Shown piece by piece: positions 23,556 through 34,025 of a stretch of 64,000 nucleotides of DNA; within the stretch, counting starts at the first letter, position 1, and each line of letters begins with the position of its first letter. Made by a program: the position numbers and the translations under genes. Below the pieces are notes generated by a model, which did no database searches, was not told the origin of the DNA, and saw nothing but the letters and a program-made list of their open reading frames with translations. This stretch comes from a virus (lineage: Duplodnaviria > Heunggongvirae > Uroviricota > Caudoviricetes): IMG/VR virus record IMGVR_UViG_3300021388_000002. One strand, written 5' to 3'.

Positions 23556-24563
23556 TTGCCTGTGTCAGTCACGACGGAGCTGTTCGCCAACCCGGGCAGC
23601 GCCAACCCGGTCGTCACCAGCGGCGGCACGACCACGCCAGCCAGCGGCACAAGCGAGAGCTGGACCATCACGGGACTGTCCGGGGTGTTCCCCGCGGTAT
23701 CCAGCTCGGCCAGCCCGCCGACGTTCTGCCGCTGCGTGGACCCGAACAAGCCCACCGAGATCCTGTGGATCACGAACATCAGCGGCACTACAGCCACGGT
23801 CACGCGCGGCGCTGAATCCACCGCCACGGTCAACCACGGCTCGAACTTCCAGCTGGAGCTGCTGCTCACCGGAGGCGGCCTGGGCAACCTGTCCCAGGGC
23901 TGGCCTGGCGAGATCAACACAGTCGCCAGCAAGACAGCGAACTACACCTGCACGGCGAGCGACAACGTGCTGCTGTGCAACGCCAGCTCGGGAGCGTTCA
24001 CGATCACGCTGCCGACCGCGGTGGGGGCACTGGGCCGGACCTATACCGTCAAGAAGACCGACTCCAGCACCAGCGCGGTCACGATCGCCACCACCTCATC
24101 CCAGACGATCGACGGGGCCACCACCCGGGCCATCTCCCTGCAGTACGGCTACATCGAGGTGACCTCGGACGGCTCCAACTGGCAGGTGGTCTCCTGGTAC
24201 AACGGCACCGACCCCTGGCACGACCTGGCGCCCACGCTGTCCGGCTGGTCTCAGCGCTCCAGCGCCCACCCGCTGCAGTACCGGTTCGTGCCGAACATGC
24301 TGAACGCAGTGCAGCTGGTCGGCAGCGTGTCCGGCACGGCCCTGGCCTCCGGTACCCAGACGCTGTGCTACCTGCCATCGGGCTACTACCCAACCACGTA
24401 CGCGGCCGAGGCCATGGTCATCAACTCCTCCGGCCGCTCGGTCACCACCGACGTGCCCAACGTGACGATCGGAACGGACGGCAGCCTTCAGCTCCGCAAC
24501 TGCCAGGGTGCCACCATCCTGCAGTTCGACTGCCTGTTCTCTCTTGACGTGAACAACAGCTGA
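23556..24563 (+). CDS. Minor tail / fibre-like protein
   Basis: KTANYT..ITLPTA..YTVKKTD..TIDG fibre-type motif; Ser/Thr-rich. Confidence 0.7.
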   Translation: MPVSVTTELFANPGSANPVVTSGGTTTPASGTSESWTITGLSGVFPAVSSSASPPTFCRCVDPNKPTEILWITNISGTTATVTRGAESTATVNHGSNFQLELLLTGGGLGNLSQGWPGEINTVASKTANYTCTASDNVLLCNASSGAFTITLPTAVGALGRTYTVKKTDSSTSAVTIATTSSQTIDGATTRAISLQYGYIEVTSDGSNWQVVSWYNGTDPWHDLAPTLSGWSQRSSAHPLQYRFVPNMLNAVQLVGSVSGTALASGTQTLCYLPSGYYPTTYAAEAMVINSSGRSVTTDVPNVTIGTDGSLQLRNCQGATILQFDCLFSLDVNNS

Positions 24564-24576
24564 GGCAGGGCCACTC

Positions 24577-27500
24577 ATGGCTGCGCTGACCTCCGCGATC
24601 CCGGGCCAGGCTGTTCCCGGCCTGACCGTTCCCGGCCAGATCGTCGCCACCCAGCTGACCGCCGCGCTGGGCGCTGCCGGGTCGGTGGCGACAGGCGCCA
24701 CGCTGCCCGCCGTAACCACGCTGAGCGGCACTGGCTCGGTGGCGACGGGCGCCACGCTGCGCCCCGTGGCCACGCTGAGCGGCACTGGCTCGGTGGCAAC
24801 GGGCGCCACGCTGCGCCCCGTGGCCACGCTGAGCGGCACTGGCTCGGTGGCGGCAGCGGTTACGCTGCCCGGTGGCGCCACGCTGAGCGGCACTGGCTCG
24901 GTGGCGGCAGCGGTTACGCTGCCCGGTGGCGCCACGCTGAGCGGCACTGGCTCGGTGGCGGCAGCGGTTACGCTGCCCAGCGGGGCCACGCTGAGCGGCA
25001 CTGGCTCGGCAACCGGGGCGGGCACCACCCAGGCGTCCGGAGCTGCCACGCTGGCCGGCGCCGGGTCAGCCAGCGGGGCTGGCACTGTCCAGGTACCCGG
25101 CGCGGCCACGCTGGCAGGCACCGGGTCAGCCAGCGGGGCTGGGACAGTCCAGGTGCCCGGAGCCGCCACGCTGGGCGCGGCTGGCTCGGTGACGGGCACA
25201 GAGACGGCGCCGGCCACAGCCACGCTGAGCGGCGCTGGCTCGGTGACAGGCGCCGCCACGCTGCCGGGTGCCGCCACGCTGGCCGGCGCCGGGTCGGTGG
25301 CTGCGGCTGAGACCGCACAGGCCCCGGCCACACTGGGTGCCGCCGGCTCGGTGACGGATACGGTCACGCTGCCCGGCGGCGTCACCCTGGCCGGGACCGG
25401 GTCGCTGGCCGGGGCCGGGGGAGTGCAGGTTCCCGGGGCGGCCTCGCTGGCCGCGGCGGGCGCGCTCACGGGCACGGCCACCCTGCCTGGTGCGTCAGCC
25501 CTGGCGGGTGCGGGCTCAGCTACGGCGGGTGCCACGGCGCAGGCCCCGGCCACGCTGGCGGGCGCCGGGTCGCTGAGCACAGCCGCCGGGCTGGCCGCTG
25601 CCGCCACGCTGGCTGCCGCAGGCTCGGTAACCGGCGCTGCCGCACTGGCGGCGGGCACAGCCCTGGCGGGCACGGGCTCGGCAGCGGCCAGCGTGGTGGC
25701 ACCCGGTACGGCCACGCTGAACGGCACTGGCTCGGTAACAGCAGGGGGCACCGCCCAGGCACCGGCCACGCTGAGTGGCATCGGCTCGGTGACCGCTGCG
25801 GGCACCGTCCAGGTCCCGGGCGCCGCCACGCTGGGCGGCACGGGCACAGTGGCCACGGCGATCACGCTGGGCGCGGCGGGCACGCTGGCCGGCACAGGCA
25901 CGGTCACCGCAACAGCAGCCGGGCAGGTCCCGGCCACACTGGGCGGCACCGGGTCGCTGGCCAGCGCGGTCACGCTGCTCAGCCCGGCGGGGCTGAATGG
26001 CACGGGCGCGATCACCGCGGCGGCAGCCGGCCAGGCCCCGGCCCCGCTGGCGGCGGCGGGCGCGATGGCCGCTGCGGGCGTGGTGCTGGTGCCCGGGACG
26101 GCCTCGCTGGCCGGGACCGGGTCGGTCAGCGCTGCGGGGGTAGTGCTGGTGCCCGGGGCGGCCTCGCTGGCCGGGGCCGGGCTGCTCACCGCTGCGGCCA
26201 CGCTCCCCGGTGCGGCCACGCTGGCAGGTTCCGGGTCGGCCACGGGCGCCGGGACCGCGCTGGCCCCGGCCTTGCTGGCAGGCACGGGCTCGGTAGCAGG
26301 GACCGCACTGCTGGCCAGCCTGGTCACGCTCGGCGGCACCGGCTCCGTCAGCGCCAGTTCCGGGCAGCTGGCCCCGGCCACGCTGGCAGGCACAGGCTCA
26401 GTAGCGGGCGCTGTATTGCTGCCCGGTGCGGCGGCACTGGCCGGGACCGGGCTGATCACCACGACCGCCACCCTCCCGGGTGCGGCGGCGCTGTCCGGGA
26501 AGGGCACGGTCACCGCCGGCGGGACCGTGCTGGTCCCGGCCGTGCTCGCGGGCACGGGCACGGTCACAGGCGCCGGGGCGGTGCAGGTACCCGGCGCGGC
26601 CACGCTGGGCGGCGCTAGCTCACTGGCAGGCGGCCCGGTACTGGCCAGCGCGGCCACGCTGGCGGGCACGGGCTCGCTGGCGGCCACGGCGGTCACGGCA
26701 GCGGGCACGGCCCTGGCGGCCACCGGCTCGCTGGCGGGCACGGTCACCATGCCCGGTGCCGCGGTCCTGGCGGGCACCGGGCTGACTATTACGGGTGCGA
26801 CCATGCTGCCCCCGGCCACGCTGGCGGGTGCCGGCTCGGCCGCCGCTGCGGCAGCAGCCCAGGCCCCGGCCGCGCTGAGCGGCACGGCCTCGGTCACGGC
26901 AGCCACGGCGGCACTGGTCCCGGCTGCACTGAGCGGCACGGCCTCGGTCACGGCAGCCGCGGGGCAGCTGGCCCCGGCCACCCTGACCGCAGCCGGCTCG
27001 CTGACCAGCACCGCGGCGCTGCCTGGTGCGGCGGGGCTGGCCGCAGCGGGCAGCGTGACCGGTGCGGGGCAGGTACTGGTGCCCGGGGCGGCAGCCCTGG
27101 CCGGCACCGCGGCGCTGGGCGCCGCCCCGGCTGTGCTGGTGCCCGGGGCGGCAGCCCTGGCGGCGTCCGGGCTGGTATCGGCAGGCAGTGCCCAGGCGGC
27201 TGCTGCTTCACTTAGCGGAGCTGGGTCGGCCACGGGCCCGGGCACGCTGGCGGGCACCACCGCGCTGGCGGGCACCGGCCTGCTCACCGGCACCATCACC
27301 CTGCCCCTGGCGGCCACGCTGGCGGCCAGCGGCGCGGTGGCGGCCAGCACAGCCCAGGCGGCCCCGGCGGCCCTGGCAGGTACCGGGCTGATCACCGCGG
27401 CTCCCGCCCAGGGTGCCGGGGCCGCACTGGCGGGCTCCGGCTCGGTCCTGGCCGCTGCCGTGCAGGGCGGCCTGGCGGCGCTGGCCGGGACGGGCGCCTG

Positions 27501-30500
27501 CACGGGGGCCAGCGCGCTCACCCTGCCCGGTGCGGCCACGCTGAGTGCGGCGGGCTCGGTGCTGGCCGCCACAGCCCAGGGCGCCGGAGCCGGGCTGGCA
27601 GGCACCGCCTCGGTCAGTGCGGCCGGGCTGGTGCTGGTGCCGGGTGGTGCCAGCCTGGCCGCCGCCGCCACGGTCACCGCGACCGCCGGGCTGCTGGCCG
27701 CCGCCACCATGGCCGCCGCCGGGTCACTGAGCGCGGCAGCCATGGTAGACGTGCCCGGCGTGGCGGTCCTGGCGGGCACGGGCGCCCTGGCCGGCGCAGC
27801 CGTCCTGCCCGCACCGGCCACACTGAGCGCCGCGGGGCTGGTGACGGCGGCGGCCATCCAGCAGGCCACAGCCACGCTGGCCGGCACGGGCACGGTCAGT
27901 GCGGCCGGGATGGTGGACGTGCCGGGGGCGGCCACCCTGGCAGCGGCCGGGTCGCTGGCCGCGGCGGCGGCCCCGCAGGCGGGCGCCACCCTGGCAGGCA
28001 CGGCCACCGTCAATGCCGCCGCCATGGTGGACGTGCCGGGAGCGGCCACCCTGGCGGGTACGGCCTCGGTCACCGCCGCCGCCATGGTGGACGTGCCGGG
28101 CGCGGCCACCCTGGCAGCTGCCGGGTCGCTGGCCGCGATGCCGGTGATCCTGGCGGGCACGGCCCTGAACGCTGCCGGCCTGCTGGGCGCCGCAGGCACC
28201 GGTCTGTCTCCTGCCACCCTGGCCGGAACCGGGGCCCTGACTGCACCCGCGGGCATCCAGCAGGCCGGCGCCAGCCTGGCCGGGACGGCATCGGTGACCG
28301 CTGCCCCGGCCGGGGCCGCGGGCGCGAGCCTGGCCGGCACCGGGTCGCTGGCCACCCTGGCGGTAACCGGGGGAGCGGCCACCCTGACCGGGGCTGGCGC
28401 GGTCACCGCCGCTGGCATGGTGAACGTGCCGGGAGCAGCAGCCCTGGCGACGGCCGGCACGCTGAGCACTGCCGCGGGGCTGCTGGCCGGCACGTCCATG
28501 GCCGCGGCCGGGCTCGTGACCGGGACAGTCACACAGCCCGGGGCCGCGACCCTGGCGGGCACGGCAGCGCTGAGCACCAGCGGCACCCAGGCGCACACCG
28601 CAGCCCTGGCCGGCACAGGCACCGTGAGCACCGCCGTAACCGGGACGGCCAGCGCGGCCCTGGCCGCATCCGGCTCACTGGCGGCCGGCGCGGTCCTGCC
28701 TGGCGGGGTCACCCTGGCCGCAGCGGGCACAGTCGCGGCCCTCTCGCCCAGCCTGACCGCACCCGCCACGCTGAACGGCAGGGCCTCGGTCACCATCAGC
28801 GGGGCGCTGATCCAGGAGGTAACGGCGCTCCTGGCCGGGACCGGGGCCATCAGCCCGCAGGGCGTCATCGCCGGGGCCGCGGACCTGGAGGCGGCGGGCT
28901 CGGCAGGCACCACATGGGGTGCGGATGCGGTCCTGAGCGCAGCTGGGTCGCTGGCCGCCGGGTCAGCCCTGGCGGTGACCGCGCTGCTGGCCGGTGCGGG
29001 CAGCCTGACGGGCGCGGCGGCCCAGGCGCCGGGTGCCCTGCTGCCCGCGGCGGGGTCGCTGACCGCAGCCCCGGCCGTCCTCGTGCCCGGGGCAGCCACG
29101 CTGACGGCAGCCGGCACTGTCCTGGCTGTGCCAGGTGTGATGGCAGAGGTTACGCTGGGTGCTGCGGCCTCGGTTACGGCCGGGGCAGGTGCCGGCGCAC
29201 CAGCTGCCCTGGCCGCGGCCGGGTCGCTGACCGCGTTCCCGGGGGCGGCGCACGTCGCAGCCCTGGCGGGCGCGGCCTCGCTGACGGCGGCGGCAGTAGC
29301 GGGCGCGGCTGCTACCCTGGCCGGGTCTGCCGCCCTGGCACAGCCCGTGGTCAGCCAGGGCGGCAGCATCACGCTCAGCGCAGCCGGGTCGCTGATGGCC
29401 CTGGCCACGGCGGCACCTGCGGCTGACCTGGCGGGCACCGCTGACCTGGCGAGCCTGCCCGTGGTGGCGGCCGGGACTGAGCTGGCGGGCACCGCGCTCC
29501 TGGCGGCGGCCCCGGCCACGGCCAGTGCAGCAACCCTGGCGGGCGCCGCCGGCCTGGCCATGCTCGTGGTCAGCCAGGGCGGCAGCGCCGCGCTCGGTGC
29601 GGCCGGCACGATAGCGGGAACGGCCACGCTGCCCGGGGCGGCCACCCTGAGCGGCGCGGCGGCTCTCGGCGCTTCCGGCACAGGCGCGCACGTGGCGGCC
29701 CTGACCGCAGCCGGGTCACTCATAGCGGCTGCGGTTCAGGGCGTGAGCGCCACCCTAGCCGGCACGGGCGTGCTCGCGGGCACCGCCACGCTGCCCGGGG
29801 CGGCCACCCTGGCGGGCAGCGGGACGGTGCTGGCCGGGGCGGCCCTGACCCCGGCCGGGATGCTGAGCGGGCAGGCCCTGCTGAGCGCGGCGGCAGCCCT
29901 GCCCGCCCCGGCCGCACTGGACGGGACTGCCTCACTGGACGCCGCGCCCGGTGTGGCCGCCGGGGCGGACCTGGAGGCCGCTGGCTCAGTGGCAGCGGTC
30001 CCGGTCCAGCTGGCGGTGACCGGCCTGGCGGGCACGGGCGCGCTGGCGGGCCTGCCGCTGACCGCGGCGCAGGTCACGCTCACCGGGACAGCCGCCCTGA
30101 CCGCCGCAGCCCTGGCAGCCGCCGGCACGGGCCTGCAGGGCCAGGGACTGCTGGCAGCGGCGGCGGCCCAGGACGCGGGAACGGCACTGCCAGCGGCCGG
30201 GTCGGTCGATGCCACCCGGGACCAGTTCGCGGACCTGGCCGGCGCCGGGCTGCTGGCCGCAGCCGCCACGCTGGCCCCGGTAGCGGTGCTGACGGCGGCG
30301 GGCACGCTGGCCGCGGTCCAGGTCGCCGGCGTGCCCGCAGATCTGGATGGCGGGGGGCTGCTCACGGCCGGCGCAACCCTGGCCCTGCCGGGAAGCGCGG
30401 ACCTGGAAGCCGCCGGGTCGCTGGCCGGCATCTCCCGGGTCCGGCCACCGCAGCTGCCCGGCGGCAGCACCGGCACCAGTGTCACGCCGCTGGCCACCTC

Positions 30501-30645
30501 GGTCCCGGTCGTGGTCATCGAGGCCACCGCAGACGCGGCTGTGCTCCAGCCGATGATCAGCCGCACCCCGGCCCCGGCCGCCGCGGGCGCCACCTCGGGC
30601 GCGCTGGTGAGCGCTGGGGCGGGCAGCTCGGCCAGCGTAAGCTGA
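24577..30645 (+). CDS. Giant Ala/Gly/Thr-rich repeat protein (2022 aa), probably virion-associated
   Basis: About 100 degenerate 18-20-aa repeats (ATLAGTGS core); near-exact 54-bp tandem units at 24.7-25.0 kb. Confidence 0.8.
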   Translation: MAALTSAIPGQAVPGLTVPGQIVATQLTAALGAAGSVATGATLPAVTTLSGTGSVATGATLRPVATLSGTGSVATGATLRPVATLSGTGSVAAAVTLPGGATLSGTGSVAAAVTLPGGATLSGTGSVAAAVTLPSGATLSGTGSATGAGTTQASGAATLAGAGSASGAGTVQVPGAATLAGTGSASGAGTVQVPGAATLGAAGSVTGTETAPATATLSGAGSVTGAATLPGAATLAGAGSVAAAETAQAPATLGAAGSVTDTVTLPGGVTLAGTGSLAGAGGVQVPGAASLAAAGALTGTATLPGASALAGAGSATAGATAQAPATLAGAGSLSTAAGLAAAATLAAAGSVTGAAALAAGTALAGTGSAAASVVAPGTATLNGTGSVTAGGTAQAPATLSGIGSVTAAGTVQVPGAATLGGTGTVATAITLGAAGTLAGTGTVTATAAGQVPATLGGTGSLASAVTLLSPAGLNGTGAITAAAAGQAPAPLAAAGAMAAAGVVLVPGTASLAGTGSVSAAGVVLVPGAASLAGAGLLTAAATLPGAATLAGSGSATGAGTALAPALLAGTGSVAGTALLASLVTLGGTGSVSASSGQLAPATLAGTGSVAGAVLLPGAAALAGTGLITTTATLPGAAALSGKGTVTAGGTVLVPAVLAGTGTVTGAGAVQVPGAATLGGASSLAGGPVLASAATLAGTGSLAATAVTAAGTALAATGSLAGTVTMPGAAVLAGTGLTITGATMLPPATLAGAGSAAAAAAAQAPAALSGTASVTAATAALVPAALSGTASVTAAAGQLAPATLTAAGSLTSTAALPGAAGLAAAGSVTGAGQVLVPGAAALAGTAALGAAPAVLVPGAAALAASGLVSAGSAQAAAASLSGAGSATGPGTLAGTTALAGTGLLTGTITLPLAATLAASGAVAASTAQAAPAALAGTGLITAAPAQGAGAALAGSGSVLAAAVQGGLAALAGTGACTGASALTLPGAATLSAAGSVLAATAQGAGAGLAGTASVSAAGLVLVPGGASLAAAATVTATAGLLAAATMAAAGSLSAAAMVDVPGVAVLAGTGALAGAAVLPAPATLSAAGLVTAAAIQQATATLAGTGTVSAAGMVDVPGAATLAAAGSLAAAAAPQAGATLAGTATVNAAAMVDVPGAATLAGTASVTAAAMVDVPGAATLAAAGSLAAMPVILAGTALNAAGLLGAAGTGLSPATLAGTGALTAPAGIQQAGASLAGTASVTAAPAGAAGASLAGTGSLATLAVTGGAATLTGAGAVTAAGMVNVPGAAALATAGTLSTAAGLLAGTSMAAAGLVTGTVTQPGAATLAGTAALSTSGTQAHTAALAGTGTVSTAVTGTASAALAASGSLAAGAVLPGGVTLAAAGTVAALSPSLTAPATLNGRASVTISGALIQEVTALLAGTGAISPQGVIAGAADLEAAGSAGTTWGADAVLSAAGSLAAGSALAVTALLAGAGSLTGAAAQAPGALLPAAGSLTAAPAVLVPGAATLTAAGTVLAVPGVMAEVTLGAAASVTAGAGAGAPAALAAAGSLTAFPGAAHVAALAGAASLTAAAVAGAAATLAGSAALAQPVVSQGGSITLSAAGSLMALATAAPAADLAGTADLASLPVVAAGTELAGTALLAAAPATASAATLAGAAGLAMLVVSQGGSAALGAAGTIAGTATLPGAATLSGAAALGASGTGAHVAALTAAGSLIAAAVQGVSATLAGTGVLAGTATLPGAATLAGSGTVLAGAALTPAGMLSGQALLSAAAALPAPAALDGTASLDAAPGVAAGADLEAAGSVAAVPVQLAVTGLAGTGALAGLPLTAAQVTLTGTAALTAAALAAAGTGLQGQGLLAAAAAQDAGTALPAAGSVDATRDQFADLAGAGLLAAAATLAPVAVLTAAGTLAAVQVAGVPADLDGGGLLTAGATLALPGSADLEAAGSLAGISRVRPPQLPGGSTGTSVTPLATSVPVVVIEATADAAVLQPMISRTPAPAAAGATSGALVSAGAGSSASVS

Positions 30646-30705
30646 AAGCCAGGTCAGCCGCGCCGCAAGCCCCGGCGCGCGGGACTTACCGTCAAGGGAG
30701 TCCTG

Positions 30706-31653
30706 GTGACCGCGACCGTCTTCTACGACAGCGCGAACGAGATCGCCGTCCTGACGAACACGTTCACGAATACCGCGGGCCAGGCGGCTGACCCCGACAC
30801 CGTGACCTGCATCGTCACCGATCCCTCCGCTGCTTCCGTCACGCACAGCTACGCCGGCGCACTGCCCGCCGACGTCACCAAGATCAGCGTGGGCAAGTAC
30901 ACGCTGTCGGTGTCCTGCTCACCCGCTGAGGCGGGAGCCGATGGCCTGTGGGGATTCGAGTGGGTGGGCACCGGGGCAGTCTCGGACGTCCAGCCAGGCA
31001 CCTGGCGGGTCCTCCCGGCCTCCGTCGCCCAGCTGTGGTACGCGGGCCTGGAGGAGATGAAAGACCGGCTCGGCATCACCGACACCTCCGAGGACTACGG
31101 CCTGCAGACCTCGATCGCGGCCAGCGCGGGGTGGATCAACGAGTACTGCGGGCGGCACTTCAACCGGGTCACCGAGGCCCGCACGTACGCGCCGCACGAC
31201 ATCTGGCTGCTGGAGACCGATGACATCGTGCCGGGCACGCCCATCGCAGTGGCCATTGACCAGGACGGCGACGGCGTGTTCGAGGAAGCCTGGACCCAGG
31301 GCGTGGACTACCAGCTCCGGCTGGGCGACGGCCTGTATAACGTCAGCGCGACCGGCATAGCCCGGCCCTACCGGCAGATCCAGGTCATCGGCTCGGGCCG
31401 GTGGTTCCCGTTCACCTGGCCGTACGCCCCGCTCAACCGGGTCCAGGTCACCACGACCTGGGGCTGGCCCGCAGTGCCGTGGCAGGTCGCGGAGGCCAAC
31501 CGCATCCTGGCTGCGGACCTGTTCCGGTCCAAGGACGCCCCGTTCGGCGTGGCGGGCATGGGTGACCTCGGCATCGTGCGCATCCAGTCCAACCCGTGGC
31601 TGGCCGAGCTGCTGCGGCCTTTTGTCAGTGCCACCCGGAAAGTAGGCGTGTGA
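30706..31653 (+). CDS. Head-tail adaptor fused to an N-terminal structural domain
   Basis: LEEMKDRLGITD...WINEYCGRHF and VTTTWGWPAVP gp6/gp15-like pattern. Confidence 0.75.
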   Translation: MTATVFYDSANEIAVLTNTFTNTAGQAADPDTVTCIVTDPSAASVTHSYAGALPADVTKISVGKYTLSVSCSPAEAGADGLWGFEWVGTGAVSDVQPGTWRVLPASVAQLWYAGLEEMKDRLGITDTSEDYGLQTSIAASAGWINEYCGRHFNRVTEARTYAPHDIWLLETDDIVPGTPIAVAIDQDGDGVFEEAWTQGVDYQLRLGDGLYNVSATGIARPYRQIQVIGSGRWFPFTWPYAPLNRVQVTTTWGWPAVPWQVAEANRILAADLFRSKDAPFGVAGMGDLGIVRIQSNPWLAELLRPFVSATRKVGV

Positions 31654-31747
31654 TGTTCGTGCTGACGACAGCCAGCTGCAGCGCACTAGTGCCGGTGATC
31701 ATCCCGAAGGCGGGCGGCGCGGTACCCAGCGGGAGCCGGGGCCGGTA

Positions 31748-32407
31748 GTGGCCGCGGTCACGAAGAAAGCTGCGGTCAGCGCCAAGCGGGTCGCAGCCAA
31801 CAAGAAGTACGCCGCAGCCGGCCGCGCGGCCCAGAAGGCCAGGACGCTGGCGTACCAGAAGGCCCACGGCGGGAAAAAGCCCCCGCGGACCAAGAAGCAG
31901 ATCGCCGCGGCTAATAAATACGCCGCCGCGGGGCGGGCCGCGCAGAAAGCCCGCCGGGCGGGCAAGACCCCGGTACAGGCCAAGACGGCCAAAGCCCCGG
32001 CGAACTCCCAGCTGGGCTGGGACTTGGACTTGCACCTGCTCCCGGTGTGCGGCCCGGTGGCCCTGGCCGAGCACCTGATCATGCAGTTCCCGTGGGCGGA
32101 CATTACCGATCAGGACATCGCTGACCTGGCCCGGTACGCCGGAACCGTTACTCTTGCTAACCTTTTCGAGGCGGCGGCCGAGCATGGCCTGGGCGGGTAC
32201 GTGCTGGATACCTGGACCCGGTGTGACGAGGAGCTGGCCGCCTCCGGCATGGTGGCCGGCCTGGACACCGGAAATGGCTATCATGCCGCGCTGATCGACC
32301 CGGCCGGGATACTCTCCTGGGGCATGGTGCTGCCGTGGCCGTCGCGGCCCGCCGAGGCGTGGCACCTGGGATGGAGGCCCGATGAGCGTGCAGTCCGGGG
32401 ACGATGA
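31748..32407 (+). CDS. Lys/Ala-rich basic N-terminus plus Cys-peptidase-like domain
   Basis: KKAA/AAGRAAQKAR duplicated; CGPVAL...YHAAL...SWG. Confidence 0.6.
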   Translation: MAAVTKKAAVSAKRVAANKKYAAAGRAAQKARTLAYQKAHGGKKPPRTKKQIAAANKYAAAGRAAQKARRAGKTPVQAKTAKAPANSQLGWDLDLHLLPVCGPVALAEHLIMQFPWADITDQDIADLARYAGTVTLANLFEAAAEHGLGGYVLDTWTRCDEELAASGMVAGLDTGNGYHAALIDPAGILSWGMVLPWPSRPAEAWHLGWRPDERAVRGR

Positions 32408-32828
32408 CTACGAGATCGACCCGGCAGTAGACCTGCCGCCGCCCCCGCAGCTGCCGTACCCGCGGCCAGCCGGGTCCGGTGTCCCGGTGAGCGCGGTCCC
32501 GGCGACCTTTCACGTCCCGGACGAGGACGGCGAGACCAATGGCCCTGGAAGTACCAATGAGAGGGATGAGCCCAGCGGGTCAGCTGGGCCGGCTGAGCCG
32601 CATGACGAGAACGGCGAGCACGCCGAGCTGCCGGACCTGGAGTCCCTGCTGCACATGGCGCAGGGGCTGGACCCGGAGGGCCTGAGCGCCATCGACGCCA
32701 TGGCCACCATTCACAGCCGGTGGCGCAGGGCCTGGGCCGAGACGGGCGCCTTCACCGATGAGGAGACGTTCCGGCTGGTAGTCATCCTGGTGGCGGTTTC
32801 GGCGGGAGGGCTGCGCTCGCTATCCTGA
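32382..32828 (+). CDS. Acidic hypothetical protein
   Basis: Operon position, GC3 bias. Confidence 0.6.
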   Translation: MSVQSGDDDYEIDPAVDLPPPPQLPYPRPAGSGVPVSAVPATFHVPDEDGETNGPGSTNERDEPSGSAGPAEPHDENGEHAELPDLESLLHMAQGLDPEGLSAIDAMATIHSRWRRAWAETGAFTDEETFRLVVILVAVSAGGLRSLS

Positions 32829-32865
32829 TCCTGCAGCGGGCCGGAGCGACCGCGCCCAGGGCAGC

Positions 32866-33351
32866 ATGATCCGGAGCCCTTTCATGCCCGCAGCCGGGAT
32901 GCCGTCACCTGATCCCGCCACGGAACTGCGGCACCTGCGGGCCGAGATCGCGGACCTGAAGCAGCTGGTCGCGGACTCCCGGCTGCAGACCCAGCTGGTG
33001 CGCCTGCACCTGATCCGGCACCGGGGGCTGACGGTGCGGCATGGCTGGCTGCGGTATGTCGTCAAGGATCTGGAAACCAACCCGCGCACCCAGTACAAGG
33101 TGCATTTCTGGGGCGTGCTGTACTGGCTGGTCAATTTCCCGGCTATCACGTGCCTGTTCTTCTTCGCCCCCGCGTTGTGGCTCAGGCTCGGCATTTTCAT
33201 CACGCTGATCTACAGCATCTATGCCAATTTTGCGACAGACTACGGCGGCATGTCGGCTGCCATGGCAAGCTTCGGGGATCATCCGCTGCCGGAAATCCCG
33301 GTGGAGAACCACACCGCCCCCGCCGGGGCACCAGGAGGGCCACTGCCATGA
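32866..33351 (+). CDS. Membrane protein
   Basis: Two C-terminal hydrophobic helices; ATGA coupling. Confidence 0.65.
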   Translation: MIRSPFMPAAGMPSPDPATELRHLRAEIADLKQLVADSRLQTQLVRLHLIRHRGLTVRHGWLRYVVKDLETNPRTQYKVHFWGVLYWLVNFPAITCLFFFAPALWLRLGIFITLIYSIYANFATDYGGMSAAMASFGDHPLPEIPVENHTAPAGAPGGPLP

Positions 33352-33572
33352 CCGGATCGTTCAGCGGGTCCCAGAACGGCATCGTCATCGGCCGCGGCGG
33401 GACCGGCACCGACGAGAGCGCGCCCGAGTGCCCGGTGTGCTGGGCTTTGCTTGGCGGGGACCACGGCGGGTACTGCCCGAATGCGCGCAAAGCCCCGGAG
33501 GACTGGACGGACGCAGCGCCACCCGGGTTCGGCCGGCCACCGCGCGAGCGGACTGCGCCGCCCGGTGAGTGA
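33348..33572 (+). CDS. Hypothetical protein (CPVC...HGGYC zinc motif)
   Basis: Coupled start and stop. Confidence 0.55.
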   Translation: MTGSFSGSQNGIVIGRGGTGTDESAPECPVCWALLGGDHGGYCPNARKAPEDWTDAAPPGFGRPPRERTAPPGE

Positions 33573-33843
33573 GGCCACCCCGGTGGTCATGCTGGACTGG
33601 TCCCTGTGGTGCCCCCGGCACCTGGAGCCCTACCACGCCCAGTGGCCTAAAGGCGCTGCCCCGGCCATGATGGCCCTGTTCCGGGCCGCGTCCGCCATGC
33701 CCGCGGTCCAGGATGCGGCCCGGCACGACGCCCGCAAGCTGACCGGCGCGCTGCAGCAGTTCGCCCCCCTGTGCTGTTTCGTCGGGGCCGGGGTGCTGGA
33801 GCAGATCTACGCTGAGACCGCGCCCGGCTGGCGGCCCGCATGA
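33565..33843 (+). CDS. Hypothetical protein
   Basis: GTG start, coupled to the next gene. Confidence 0.55.
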   Translation: MSEATPVVMLDWSLWCPRHLEPYHAQWPKGAAPAMMALFRAASAMPAVQDAARHDARKLTGALQQFAPLCCFVGAGVLEQIYAETAPGWRPA

Positions 33844-34025
33844 GCAAGGACCCGCTGCCGCGGCTGCTGCCCTGGTACATCCGGGCCGCGCTGGGCGTGC
33901 TGACCTGGGTGACCTGGCCCGCCCGGGTCCGGGAGCTGAAGCGCCTGGGCTACCAGCGGGTGGGCTGGATGACCTGGGAGGCCGGCCCGGAGAACCCGCT
34001 GCCCACCTGGCTGGAGGACCGCTGA
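33840..34025 (+). CDS. Hypothetical protein
   Basis: ATGA and TGATG coupling. Confidence 0.55.
   Translation: MSKDPLPRLLPWYIRAALGVLTWVTWPARVRELKRLGYQRVGWMTWEAGPENPLPTWLEDR

Noticed and set aside
24700-25000. CRISPR-like repeat array
   Set aside because: 54-bp in-frame coding tandem repeats without unique spacers; no cas genes
24096-29723. 1875-aa minus-strand ORF
   Set aside because: Antisense shadow of the GC-rich repeat protein; no motifs of its own
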